Positions 8,897 to 17,343 of a stretch of 64,000 bases of DNA are shown piece after piece (position 1 is the stretch's first letter; each line of letters opens with the position of its first letter). The translations under genes were made by a program, and so were the position numbers. Source of the stretch: an uncultured Pseudomonadota bacterium (GTDB taxonomy: Bacteria > Pseudomonadota > Gammaproteobacteria > Steroidobacterales > Steroidobacteraceae); NCBI GenBank assembly GCA_963842515.1, contig CAWJGO010000005.1:641125-705124 (forward strand), read 5' to 3'. A model generated the notes under the pieces. It ran no database searches and had not been told where the DNA came from. It was given only the letters and a program-made list of their open reading frames with translations.

Positions 8897-11233
8897 TCAC
8901 GGGCGTTGCGGTACCTCGCCTCTGCTCCGCATGTCTTCGAGTAATGAGCGCTGCCTGGCGCGATGCTGTTTCGCGGTTGCCGCCATCGCCTGAAATCGTG
9001 GATTGCTGCGCAGGTGCGCGAACAGCGGATCGAGCTCCGCGGTGTACCACCAGCGAACGAGATCCTTGTGCCTTACGCTTTCAGCCAAGTTGGCCAGCGC
9101 TCGCTCATCGTCACCAAGCATGGCGTACACGGAAGCGCGATCGCGCGCGAACCAATATTTGGGACGCCCGACTTGTTCAGCATCGAAAAGCTGCAACAAC
9201 GACTTTGCGAGCCGTCGGCCGCGTTCGCTATCGCCCGACAAGATCAAAGTATGCGCGTGTCGCACCTCCATGCCGCGAATCTCGATCGGCGGACCCTTGA
9301 AGTTGGAGCGCATCTTTTCGAACGCCGCGAGCGCGAGTGCGGAGTTTCCAGTGGCAATGGCTTCATCGCGCAAGGCATCTCCAACGGGAGAAACCGACAT
9401 ATCGGACCAGATCGCCCAGGTTTGCAATTCTGGATCGGGCGGCATCGACGCGATGGGGTGCGGATCGCGGCGGAATTGTGCGACTTCGAGCGGGGCGGAA
9501 GGCGCTCCTTTCGCAGCCCACGATGCAGCGGCGGCATCGTCTACGTCGAGATAGGCCGAAGCCGCCCAGAACCGGGCCGGTTGCGATCCTGGATCGCGGG
9601 CAATTTCCCGTTCGAGAATCGCGATGCCCTCGGCGGTTTCGCCGCTCCAGATATATCTCGATAAACCGAGCGAGACAATTGCCATCGGAGAGTTTGGATG
9701 TATCGCCAGCAGCTCGCGCAGCACGGCTTGCTGCGCCGGGATGTCGCCTCGGCCGAAAGCAAGAATGCTTGCCTTCATCTGCATCATGAGGCCGGACATC
9801 GGATCGACGCGCAATCCGCGGTTGGTGGCGTCGAACGCTTCGCCGGTGCGGCCCTGGTTCCACAAGAAGCTGGCGTAAATGAATGCACCCCCGTCGTAAC
9901 TCGGTACCAGATCCAGGCCGCGACGGTACATCTCCTCTGCCTCGATGGGGTCCTCGTTGTACTGAGCGCGCCAGATCATCGCCTCGCCGAATTCAGGATC
10001 GAGCTCGAGCGCGCGATCGAGCATCTTGATCGCCAGTTCCTTCTGATTCTTTGCGTCCGGAATGTCTGACCACGACAGCAGATGGAGCGCCTGCGCCAAT
10101 CCAAGATAGGGGCGCGCGAAATCGGGGTACAACGCGGTGGCGCGATGAAAAATGGCTCTCGCGGCCAGGTAGCCCTGAGTATTCAGTTGCTCCATTGCTT
10201 GGAGTCCGCGCATGAAAATTTCATAAGCCGCCAGATCGATCGGCGCATTGCCGGCCGATCCGATCTCGACGTTCAGCTTCACGCCGACATTCGCGACGAT
10301 CTCTTCACGCAGCGCCGCGACTTCACTTGCGGGACGCGCAAAACTCTCTGACCAGACCGCCGCACCGGACGATGTCTGCACGAGCGTGACATTCACGCGC
10401 AACTGGTCGTCCACACGTGCCACATTCCCGCGTAACACGTACTTGGCGTGCAATCGTTCTCCGATGTGGCGCACGTCCATGCGTGGGTCCATCAGGTTGC
10501 GCGCGGATGCTACCGACACGACGAGCAGCCCTTTCTGGGTAGCCAGGCGGTTGTGCAGCACATCGGCCATGCAGGCCGCGAATAATTGGGTGGGCTCGCC
10601 AGGCACGACGGCCTGGAAGGGCAGAATCGCAATCGACGGTATGTTGGGTGCGGGCCACGCGGCGGTTATCGGCGGTCGGATCGTGGCTGCCGGTTGCTCG
10701 CGCGGGGCGAGTGCGAAGTTTATCGCGACGATGATCGCGAGTGATATCAACGCACCGGCGGCGAGCTTCCTGCGGAGCCCACGACGTTCCGAAGTGAGGA
10801 TTGGCGGGTGGCCGAGCTCCGCCGGCGCCGGGACGTCCGCGGACTCGATGACCTCCGATTCGACGGCGGCGAGCAAGCGATAACCTTTGCGCAGGACGGT
10901 TGCGATGTAGGTCGGTGTCGCGTCACTGTCGCCGAGAATCTTGCGTAGCGCGGATATCGCCTGGTAGACCGAAGCGGGCCCCACGACCACGCCCGCCCAC
11001 ACGCTATCCAGCAACTGTTGCGAGCTGACCACGCGGCCGCGCGTCTCGGCCAGCCGACAGAGCAACCGCATCATGCGCGGCTCGAGTTTGACGACTTCGG
11101 TACCGCGGGAGATTTCGTCCAGCGCCGGATCGATCAACCACTCGCCAACGCGAAAGCGTCCGGATGTCGCATTCAGGGCGCGTGTTTCCAGCGGAATCAC
11201 TGCGGACACTCCTGGTTTGGCTGGCGTCAGCAC
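8897..11233 (-). CDS. CadC/OmpR-type winged-helix DNA-binding domain + TM segment + TPR-repeat membrane regulator
   Basis: The N-terminus (FRVGEWLIDPALDEISRGTEVVKLEPRMMRLLCRLAETRGRVVSSQQLLDSVW...VYQAISALRKILGD) is trans_reg_C-like. One TM segment (LAAGALISLAIIVAINFAL) follows, then a long TPR-like C-terminal region. Confidence 0.85.
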   Translation of the reverse strand: MLTPAKPGVSAVIPLETRALNATSGRFRVGEWLIDPALDEISRGTEVVKLEPRMMRLLCRLAETRGRVVSSQQLLDSVWAGVVVGPASVYQAISALRKILGDSDATPTYIATVLRKGYRLLAAVESEVIESADVPAPAELGHPPILTSERRGLRRKLAAGALISLAIIVAINFALAPREQPAATIRPPITAAWPAPNIPSIAILPFQAVVPGEPTQLFAACMADVLHNRLATQKGLLVVSVASARNLMDPRMDVRHIGERLHAKYVLRGNVARVDDQLRVNVTLVQTSSGAAVWSESFARPASEVAALREEIVANVGVKLNVEIGSAGNAPIDLAAYEIFMRGLQAMEQLNTQGYLAARAIFHRATALYPDFARPYLGLAQALHLLSWSDIPDAKNQKELAIKMLDRALELDPEFGEAMIWRAQYNEDPIEAEEMYRRGLDLVPSYDGGAFIYASFLWNQGRTGEAFDATNRGLRVDPMSGLMMQMKASILAFGRGDIPAQQAVLRELLAIHPNSPMAIVSLGLSRYIWSGETAEGIAILEREIARDPGSQPARFWAASAYLDVDDAAAASWAAKGAPSAPLEVAQFRRDPHPIASMPPDPELQTWAIWSDMSVSPVGDALRDEAIATGNSALALAAFEKMRSNFKGPPIEIRGMEVRHAHTLILSGDSERGRRLAKSLLQLFDAEQVGRPKYWFARDRASVYAMLGDDERALANLAESVRHKDLVRWWYTAELDPLFAHLRSNPRFQAMAATAKQHRARQRSLLEDMRSRGEVPQRP

Positions 11234-11383
11234 GAGTGTCCGCCGGTCTAACCACCTTCACAACTCATTTAGGCCAGATTCAGCTGAAATTGCTGAAAGC
11301 TTTCGACCATCTTAAGAGCCCCTTCCGGCCCGGTTTGTACGCCTGCGGCACAACGGCAGCGCGTTTCAAACCTGCCGAAGGGG

Positions 11384-11941
11384 ATGCCCATGAATTTCCT
11401 GAGCCGCACGCTGGTCTTGATGCTGCTGGCCGCCGCTCCTTTCTGCTGCAATGCAGATGACTTTCCGGAATGTTTCGCGGAACAGGTAGAGGTTCATGTA
11501 TTGGAGCAATACGGCATCTACGGTCCGCTTTCCACCGATCGCGAACACTTTGGTTTCGTCTACCGCCATGCAGGCGTTATCGCCAGCGCCATCTCGCGTG
11601 GCAGCGTATGCAGGTGGACCGAATCATGCGAGGTAAACAACCGGACCGCCGCCGCATTGATTCCCAAGGGCGCCAAAGTGCTGGGCGAATGGCACACACA
11701 CCCGCATTCGACCGGCTCGCAGGGCCTGTCTCCGGAAGATGTACGCGGTGCAAATAGAAATTTGCACATTCGCTGCTATCGCGCCTTTTTCAGCACGTCG
11801 AACGGAGAGATCTATTCGTGGAGCCCGAGCGCAACTCGCGTGCTCACGGCAATGGCGTCGTCGGTACGAATGGGAAACTACCGTCGACAGCTGGCGCGGC
11901 CTCGGAGTGCCGCAGTACAGTACGGCAGTGCCATGTACTGA
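11384..11941 (+). CDS. Secreted DUF4329-like protein with a JAB/JAMM metal-binding motif
   Basis: Signal peptide MPMNFLSRTLVLMLLAAAPFCCNA. The core EHFGFVYRHAG...GEWHTHPHSTGSQGLSPEDVRGAN contains H-x-H-x7-S-x2-D. The gene and its flanks look less GC-rich than their neighbours. Confidence 0.7.
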   Translation: MPMNFLSRTLVLMLLAAAPFCCNADDFPECFAEQVEVHVLEQYGIYGPLSTDREHFGFVYRHAGVIASAISRGSVCRWTESCEVNNRTAAALIPKGAKVLGEWHTHPHSTGSQGLSPEDVRGANRNLHIRCYRAFFSTSNGEIYSWSPSATRVLTAMASSVRMGNYRRQLARPRSAAVQYGSAMY

Positions 11942-12080
11942 GCGCGATCGATTGCGAGACAGCCCTCCGGTTGCGCATGTCCGGTGCGCATCGCCTGCCA
12001 TTGCTCGTCGCACGCCGCATCGCGAGTGAGGAACGGCAGGTACCGCTCGACGGCGCGGCTCACACTGCCAAGAAACTGCA

Positions 12081-12458
12081 ATGAAACCCAAGGACATCGA
12101 TAGCTACATCGCGGCATTTCCCAGGAAGGTGCAGTCACTGTTGGCGAAAGTCCGCCGCACCATCCGCACCGCCGCGCCGAAGGCCAGCGAAGTGATCAGC
12201 TACAACATCCCGGCGTTCAAACAGCATGGCATCCTGGTGTACTTCGCCGGCTTCAAGAACCATGTGGGCCTCTATCCACCGGTGCGTGGCGACGCGGCGC
12301 TCGAGAAGGCGGTGGCGAAATATGCGGGACCGAAGGGGAATCTGAAATTTCCTTACGATGAGCCCTTGCCACTGGCGCTGATCGCCCGCATCGTCCGGCA
12401 CAAGGTCAGGCAGGATGGCGCGCAAGCCGCGCCCAGGAAGCCAGGCAAGAAGAAATGA
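12081..12458 (+). CDS. DUF1801 (YdhG-like) domain protein
   Basis: IDSYIAAFPRKVQSLLAKVRRTIRTAAPKASEVISYNIPAFKQHGILVYFAGFKNHVGLYP is the typical DUF1801 layout. Confidence 0.85.
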   Translation: MKPKDIDSYIAAFPRKVQSLLAKVRRTIRTAAPKASEVISYNIPAFKQHGILVYFAGFKNHVGLYPPVRGDAALEKAVAKYAGPKGNLKFPYDEPLPLALIARIVRHKVRQDGAQAAPRKPGKKK

Positions 12459-12471
12459 TCCAGGAGGTCCA

Positions 12472-12966
12472 ATGTCGAAATATCACCTCGCGCAACTCAA
12501 CATCGGCACGCTCAAGGCGCCGCTCGATAGTCCGGAGCTCAAGCCCTTCGTCGACAATCTCGATCGCATCAACGCGCTGGCGGAAAATTCGGATGGCTTC
12601 ATCTGGCGCCTCAAAGGCGACGGCAACGACGCCACCTCGCTGCGGCCGCTCGGCGAGAACGTGATCATCAACATGTCGGTGTGGCGCGACGTGAACGCGC
12701 TGCGCGCTTACGTCTACAAGTCCGCGCACGTCGAGATCATGCGCCGCAAGCGCGAGTTCTTCTCCCGCATGGGCAATGCCTATCTGGCGCTCTGGTGGGT
12801 GCCCGAAGCCCGTCAGCCGACGGTGGCCGAAGCGCTTGCGCGGCTCGAGCACTTGCGTGTGCACGGGCCCACGCCGGAAGCGTTCACGTTTGGTGAAGCT
12901 TTCGCCGCACCGGATGCGCAGAACGCCGGCACGCGCTTTTCCTTCAAGGACAGTTGCCCGGCATAG
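12472..12966 (+). CDS. DUF3291 domain protein
   Basis: ATG 12472 is preceded by AGGAGG. The N-terminus is MSKYHLAQLNIGTLKAPLDSPELKPFVDNLDRINALAE. The ORF-track upstream extension (12415) overlaps the previous gene and was rejected. Confidence 0.8.
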   Translation: MSKYHLAQLNIGTLKAPLDSPELKPFVDNLDRINALAENSDGFIWRLKGDGNDATSLRPLGENVIINMSVWRDVNALRAYVYKSAHVEIMRRKREFFSRMGNAYLALWWVPEARQPTVAEALARLEHLRVHGPTPEAFTFGEAFAAPDAQNAGTRFSFKDSCPA

Positions 12967-12988
12967 CGGCTGCCCTAGCAAGTCCGGA

Positions 12989-13558
12989 TCACGGCTTCTT
13001 CGGTACCGGCTTCTGCGGATTCTTGCCGGTCTCGATCTCGAGATTGGGGATGCTGAATTTTCCTTCCAGCTCATGAAGATCGTCGAGATCGATGTTGCCC
13101 ACGATGTTGACGATGGTGAACTCGCGCGGCTCGCTGGCAATGATGGAAAGACCCTGCGCCTTGCCGCGGTCGATGAGCACGAACACGTCGACATCGGTGT
13201 TCTCCTTCTTGCTGCGGGCTTCGACGATGCGGCTCCAGCCCGGAGCGCTCAGTTGACGGCGCACACCTTCGATGTCGACCTTGGGATAGGCGTAGTCCTT
13301 GTCGAACGTGTAGTGGCGCACATAGATGCCGGTGAGCGCGGTGCAGAGCTTTTTGGCCGCGGCTTGTTCGGCGTCTGCGGAATTCAAGAAGCGGCAGGCC
13401 ATGCCGAGCAGGTTGGCATCCAGCGTGACATTCACCGATTCGCTGGCCTTGTCGGCGAGCGCGGCAAACTCGGGTATCCGCAGCTGTCCTTTCGACTGCG
13501 CGAACCCGGGGCCGGCCAGTAGTAAGGCGGCAATGCCCAATATGACACGGGCTTTCAT
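12989..13558 (-). CDS. DUF4252 family secreted protein (paralog B)
   Basis: Signal peptide MKARVILGIAALLLAGPGFAQ. It shares IASEPREFTIVNIVG and the overall pattern with 14523-15086. Its start overlaps the upstream stop (ATGA). Confidence 0.85.
   Translation of the reverse strand: MKARVILGIAALLLAGPGFAQSKGQLRIPEFAALADKASESVNVTLDANLLGMACRFLNSADAEQAAAKKLCTALTGIYVRHYTFDKDYAYPKVDIEGVRRQLSAPGWSRIVEARSKKENTDVDVFVLIDRGKAQGLSIIASEPREFTIVNIVGNIDLDDLHELEGKFSIPNLEIETGKNPQKPVPKKP
13101..13146. repeat. Paralogous DNA segment shared by the two DUF4252 genes (copy 1)
   Basis: ACGATGTTGACGATGGTGAACTCGCGCGGCTCGCTGGCAATGATGG matches 14599-14644 at 41 of 46 positions (aligned by eye). Confidence 0.8.
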
Positions 13559-13935
13559 GATCGATTCTCCTCATCACCCGCCGGCGGCGGGCTGTTCACG
13601 GCCTCGTAGGCGAGGTCGAGCTTCTGACTGGTGACGCGCAACGCCCGCATGAGCTCGAGACTGGCCGCGCGTCCCTGCTGCTCGGCGCGCCGCTCGTTCT
13701 CCACGGCGACGTGCTGACCCGCCAGCACTGCCACCAGCAGCGATGCGGCAAGCGCGGCGGGCATCGCGAAACGGTGTGACGGGGCGCGTGGCGCGGCATT
13801 GGCGCGGACCGGCATCGGTTTCGCATCGGCGGGCAGGGCTCTCATGAGCCGCTCGGTGAAGCCGTCCGGCGCGTCCACGGGGCGCAGTGCGCGGCGCAGC
13901 TCGTCTTCAAAATTGCCTGGAGCATTGTCGGTCAT
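13555..13935 (-). CDS. Putative single-pass anti-sigma factor (no zinc-finger motif)
   Basis: The ATG overlaps the sigma-factor stop (ATGA at 13932-13935). One TM segment (AMPAALAASLLVAVLAGQHV) and a short periplasmic tail are present. There is no HxxxCxxC motif. Confidence 0.65.
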   Translation of the reverse strand: MTDNAPGNFEDELRRALRPVDAPDGFTERLMRALPADAKPMPVRANAAPRAPSHRFAMPAALAASLLVAVLAGQHVAVENERRAEQQGRAASLELMRALRVTSQKLDLAYEAVNSPPPAGDEENRS

Positions 13936-14498
13936 GGCAGTTCCTCGCAATCGATCAGCCTGGCGCCGATCATCCGGCCACGCAGCGCGGTCAACGACCG
14001 CTTGATGTGGCTCTTCACAGTGTTCACGGGCATCTCGAGCATCGCGCCGATTTCCGCCACGTCGCGGTCTTCCTGATAGCGCAGCAGCATGACGGCGCGT
14101 GGCTGCGGCGGCAGCTCACCTAGCAACCGCGTGAGCTCGCGGGTCATCAATGGATCTGTTTCCGGTTCCTGGGCCGCCACCTCGGCGGTTTCCTCGAGCG
14201 GCTGCGTCGCGGCGTAAGGCAGGCGGCGCAGCCGGTCGATGGCGAGATTCGACGCGACGCGCCGCAACCAGAACCCCAGGTGCTCCAACGACTCGATGGA
14301 ATCGAGCTTGCGGTACAGCTGCAGGAACACATCCTGCGCGAGATCTTCGGCCTGATCGCGACGGCTCAGCATGCGCAGACCGATGCTGAACACCGAGCCC
14401 TGGTGCGCGCGCACCAGGGCGGCGAATGCCTGCCGGTCGCCACCGCGCGCCTGCAGCAGCAGCGTGTCAGGCATCGAATGTGCGGCCTGGAGGCTCAT
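13932..14498 (-). CDS. ECF-type RNA polymerase sigma-70 family factor
   Basis: Region 2 is FAALVRAHQGSVFSIGLRMLSRRDQAEDLAQDVFLQLYRKL. Region 4 is RAVMLLRYQEDRDVAEIGAMLEMPVNTVKSHIKRSLTALR. Confidence 0.95.
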   Translation of the reverse strand: MSLQAAHSMPDTLLLQARGGDRQAFAALVRAHQGSVFSIGLRMLSRRDQAEDLAQDVFLQLYRKLDSIESLEHLGFWLRRVASNLAIDRLRRLPYAATQPLEETAEVAAQEPETDPLMTRELTRLLGELPPQPRAVMLLRYQEDRDVAEIGAMLEMPVNTVKSHIKRSLTALRGRMIGARLIDCEELP

Positions 14499-14522
14499 GG
14501 AGCAGGAGCGGCAGTGGGTGCA

Positions 14523-15086
14523 TTACTGATTCTGGCTCACACGCGGTATGCCAAATTGTCCTTCGAGCTTCTCGATCTTGTCGAAGTCTATGGTCCCGAC
14601 GATGTTCACGATGGTGAACTCGCGGGGCTCACTGGCGATGACGGCGAGGCCCTTGATCTGGTCATTCTCGAGGCACACGTAGACATCCACGTTTTCGTTC
14701 GCATCGCGCTTGTGGGCGGTCACCAGCGCGCTCCAGCAGGGGCCCTTGAGCTGTTGGCGAACCGAGTCGATATCGGCCTTGGAATAGGCGCCGTCGGCGT
14801 CGAACGTGAAGTTGCGCACCCGTACCGACTGGATGCCTTCGAGCAAACCCAGCGCGTCGGCGTCGGGATTGTCCTCGCCCTCGGCAGCCTTGGCCGCGAA
14901 CTTGCGCGCAATGCGCATCAGGAAGCCATCGAGCGTCACGTCCACCGAATCCACGGCCTGGCTGCGCAGATGGGTGAAATTGGGGATCCGAAGCTCAGGG
15001 TCCGCGGTGGAGGCAGAGGCAGCGGTAACGGGAAGGGCGAAGGCGGTGGCAGCTGCCAGAGCAGCAATGGAAAGGTGAAGTTTCAC
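14523..15086 (-). CDS. DUF4252 family secreted protein (paralog A)
   Basis: GTG start with AGGAG 7 nt upstream. Signal peptide MKLHLSIAALAAATAFALPVTAASA. It is a paralog of 12989-13558. Confidence 0.85.
   Translation of the reverse strand: MKLHLSIAALAAATAFALPVTAASASTADPELRIPNFTHLRSQAVDSVDVTLDGFLMRIARKFAAKAAEGEDNPDADALGLLEGIQSVRVRNFTFDADGAYSKADIDSVRQQLKGPCWSALVTAHKRDANENVDVYVCLENDQIKGLAVIASEPREFTIVNIVGTIDFDKIEKLEGQFGIPRVSQNQ
14599..14644. repeat. Paralogous DNA segment shared by the two DUF4252 genes (copy 2)
   Basis: ACGATGTTCACGATGGTGAACTCGCGGGGCTCACTGGCGATGACGG; see 13101-13146. Confidence 0.8.
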
Positions 15087-15103
15087 GGCGGGGCTCCTGT
15101 TTT

Positions 15104-15136
15104 GCGTGTCCTACGCCATCTATACGAAGGACACGC
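15104..15136. repeat. 9-bp perfect inverted repeat upstream of the ECF cassette
   Basis: GCGTGTCCT-N15-AGGACACGC lies between stop 15158 and GTG start 15086. No U-tract follows on the transcribed (minus) strand, so it is a possible operator rather than a terminator. Confidence 0.5.
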
Positions 15137-15157
15137 CCGCCGGGGTGCAGTGGGCGG

Positions 15158-15694
15158 TCAGTTCACCCTGAAAGCCCTGAGCGTGGAGCCCAGCTCGTGG
15201 GGCGCCAGGCGATCGGTGTGGAACTCCTCGAATGGCATCACGCCACGGGCCTCATATCGACCGATCGGCAGCGTGGTGCCCGAAGCCAGCTCCTGGTTCC
15301 ATTCCACCGTGAAAACCTTGCTCTCATCAGGCGCCCAGGTAAACAAGCGCCCTTCCATGGTGAAGTTCTTGTCATCCGACCAGACCCAGCTCGGTTCATT
15401 GCTGCCATTGTCGAAAACCACGAAATCGAAATGATAGGCGCCGCCCTCGATTTGCACGGTCTGGCGCGAGCGGTTACGCACCGTGAGCTCGAAGCGAATG
15501 ATCTCGCCGCGCGAGAATTCGTAGGTTTCAACACCGGCGGAGTTGCGCGGCACGAGCGTGGTCGCGAACGTGGGGCCGTCGCCGCTCTCCAAATCGCGCG
15601 GGGGAACTGGTGAAAGATTGCCCACACTGCAGCTTGACTGCGCGCCTGCCGAGACCAGGCAGACGGCTCCGAGCAATGCCAATCGTGCGATCAT
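15158..15694 (-). CDS. Secreted protein with a BsuPI-like (proteinase-inhibitor-type) beta-sandwich domain
   Basis: FELTVRNRSRQTVQIEGGAYHFDFVVFDNGSNEPSWVWSDDKNFTMEGRLFTWAPDESKVFTVEWNQ. The signal-like N-terminus is MIARLALLGAVCLVSAGA. An alternative ATG at 15718 would overlap the divergent gene's ATG. Confidence 0.6.
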   Translation of the reverse strand: MIARLALLGAVCLVSAGAQSSCSVGNLSPVPPRDLESGDGPTFATTLVPRNSAGVETYEFSRGEIIRFELTVRNRSRQTVQIEGGAYHFDFVVFDNGSNEPSWVWSDDKNFTMEGRLFTWAPDESKVFTVEWNQELASGTTLPIGRYEARGVMPFEEFHTDRLAPHELGSTLRAFRVN

Positions 15695-15716
15695 CGGGCT
15701 ACGAGAAAAATTAAAC

Positions 15717-16007
15717 ATGAGCGCTCCTGAAAAACCACCGAGCAATGCAGAGATCGATGCTCTGTACGGCCTCGAACCGGTCATCGACTCCGAGCAGTCT
15801 GGAGAAGTCCGGCCGGGCGAGCCGCAATTCGTGCTCGTGCACTGCCCGTATTGCGGCGAACCGTTCGAGACTAGCGCCGACGTCAGCGCGGGTCCGTGTA
15901 AATATGTCGAGGATTGTCAGATTTGTTGTCAACCCATCGAGATGGAGTTGCGCCTCGACGACAATGGCGCATTTCTCGAACTGAACGCGCGCCGCGGCGA
16001 TAGCTAG
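15717..16007 (+). CDS. CPXCG-motif cysteine-rich small protein
   Basis: [10 protein letters not shown]...[16 protein letters not shown]. The N-terminal ~35 aa are atypically long, so the start is uncertain. Confidence 0.7.
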   Translation: MSAPEKPPSNAEIDALYGLEPVIDSEQSGEVRPGEPQFVLVHCPYCGEPFETSADVSAGPCKYVEDCQICCQPIEMELRLDDNGAFLELNARRGDS

Positions 16008-16017
16008 GGAGTCGAAG

Positions 16018-16734
16018 GTGGACAAGAAAGTGGCGCTCATCACGGGCGCGGGCAGTGGCATCGGCAAGGCGACGGCGATCGCATTCCTCAACGACGGATT
16101 TCGCGTGGTGCTCGCCGGCCGGCACGGAGCCAAGCTCGAAGCGGTCGCGGCGCAGGCCGGCGACGCCCAGGCGCTGATCGTCGAAGCCGATGTCACAAAG
16201 CCCGATTCGGTGCGGGCGCTGTTCGATGCGACGCAGGAAAAATTCGGGCGGCTCGATGTGTTGTTCAACAACGCCGGAACGAACGCGCCGTTCCTGCCAC
16301 TCGAAGACATGCCGTACGAAAAATGGCGCGAAGTCATCGACACCAATCTCACCGGCGCATTCCTGTGCACGCAGCAGGCGTTTCGCCTCATGAAGGATCA
16401 GACGCCGCGTGGCGGACGCATCATCAACAACGGCTCGATCTCCGCACACGCGCCGCGCGCGAATTCGGCGCCCTATACCGCCTCGAAGCACGCCATCACC
16501 GGATTGACCAAGTCCACCTCGCTCGACGGGCGCAAGTACGACATCGCCTGTGGACAGATCGACATCGGCAATGCGCTGACCGAGCTCGGCAGCCGGTTGC
16601 CTCACGCGGAGCCGATGATGGACGTCGGCCACGTGGCGCAGGCGGTGCTGCAGATGGCCAAACTACCGCCCGAGGCCAACGTGCAGTTCATGACCATCCT
16701 CGCCACCAAGATGCCCTATATCGGCAGGGGATGA
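16018..16734 (+). CDS. SDR family oxidoreductase
   Basis: [12 protein letters not shown] Rossmann motif and YTASK catalytic YxxxK. Confidence 0.9.
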   Translation: MDKKVALITGAGSGIGKATAIAFLNDGFRVVLAGRHGAKLEAVAAQAGDAQALIVEADVTKPDSVRALFDATQEKFGRLDVLFNNAGTNAPFLPLEDMPYEKWREVIDTNLTGAFLCTQQAFRLMKDQTPRGGRIINNGSISAHAPRANSAPYTASKHAITGLTKSTSLDGRKYDIACGQIDIGNALTELGSRLPHAEPMMDVGHVAQAVLQMAKLPPEANVQFMTILATKMPYIGRG

Positions 16735-16740
16735 GGGCCG

Positions 16741-17343
16741 CTAGAGCCATCCCCTTTGCCGCGCGAGCCGGTAGGCGTCGATCCGATTGTTGGCACCCAG
16801 CTTGCCAATCGCCTCGGACAGATAGTTGCGCACGGTGCCGGCGGACAAGCCGAGCTGCTCGGCGATCTGCGGCGCCGATAATCCCTCACCTGACAAGCGC
16901 AGTGTCTGACGCTCGCGATCGTTGAGCGGATCCGATTCGTTCCAGGCTTCCACCGCGAGCGCGGGATCGATGGCCCGGCCGCCGCGGTGCACGCTGCGCA
17001 GCGCCTCGGCCAGCTTTTCGGCCGGCGAGTCTTTGAGCAGGTAACCCTTCACGCCGGCATCCAACGCGCGCCGCAGATAGCCCTGGCGCGCGAAGGTCGT
17101 GACGATGACCACTTTGCTCGGCAACTGCTCAGACTGGATCTTCTGCGCGAGCTCGATGCCGGTCATGCCAGGCATTTCGATGTCGGTCACCACGATGTCG
17201 GGTCTCAGGCGCCGGCACTCCGACAACGCCTGCAATCCATCGGCAGCGGCGCCCAGCACCTCGATGTCGCGCTCCATTCGCAGCAGCGCGCCCAGCGCAC
17301 CGCGCACCATCGCCTGATCTTCAGCGAGCAGGATGCGAATCAT
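16741..17343 (-). CDS. NarL/LuxR-family response regulator (DesR-like)
   Basis: MIRILLAEDQAMVRGAL..., receiver Asp in PDIVVTDIEMPGMTG, and C-terminal HTH SAPQIAEQLGLSAGTVRNYLSEAIGKLG. Confidence 0.95.
   Translation of the reverse strand: MIRILLAEDQAMVRGALGALLRMERDIEVLGAAADGLQALSECRRLRPDIVVTDIEMPGMTGIELAQKIQSEQLPSKVVIVTTFARQGYLRRALDAGVKGYLLKDSPAEKLAEALRSVHRGGRAIDPALAVEAWNESDPLNDRERQTLRLSGEGLSAPQIAEQLGLSAGTVRNYLSEAIGKLGANNRIDAYRLARQRGWL

Noticed and set aside
11878-12138. 86-aa minus-strand ORF whose middle (AVERYLPFLTRDAACDEQWQAMRTGHAQPEGCLAIDRAQY) looks protein-like and fills the 11941-12081 gap
   Set aside because: Both of its ends overlap supported plus-strand genes. It has no start context and no recognisable family. 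It could be a gene remnant in this lower-GC patch, but I cannot support it as a feature.
15694-15719. Apparent overlap of divergent start codons (minus ATG at 15718, plus ATG at 15717)
   Set aside because: The minus-strand gene has a better signal-peptide start at 15694 (MIARLALLGAV...). The plus-strand CPXCG protein may start further downstream. The overlap is probably an artefact of choosing the longest ORFs.
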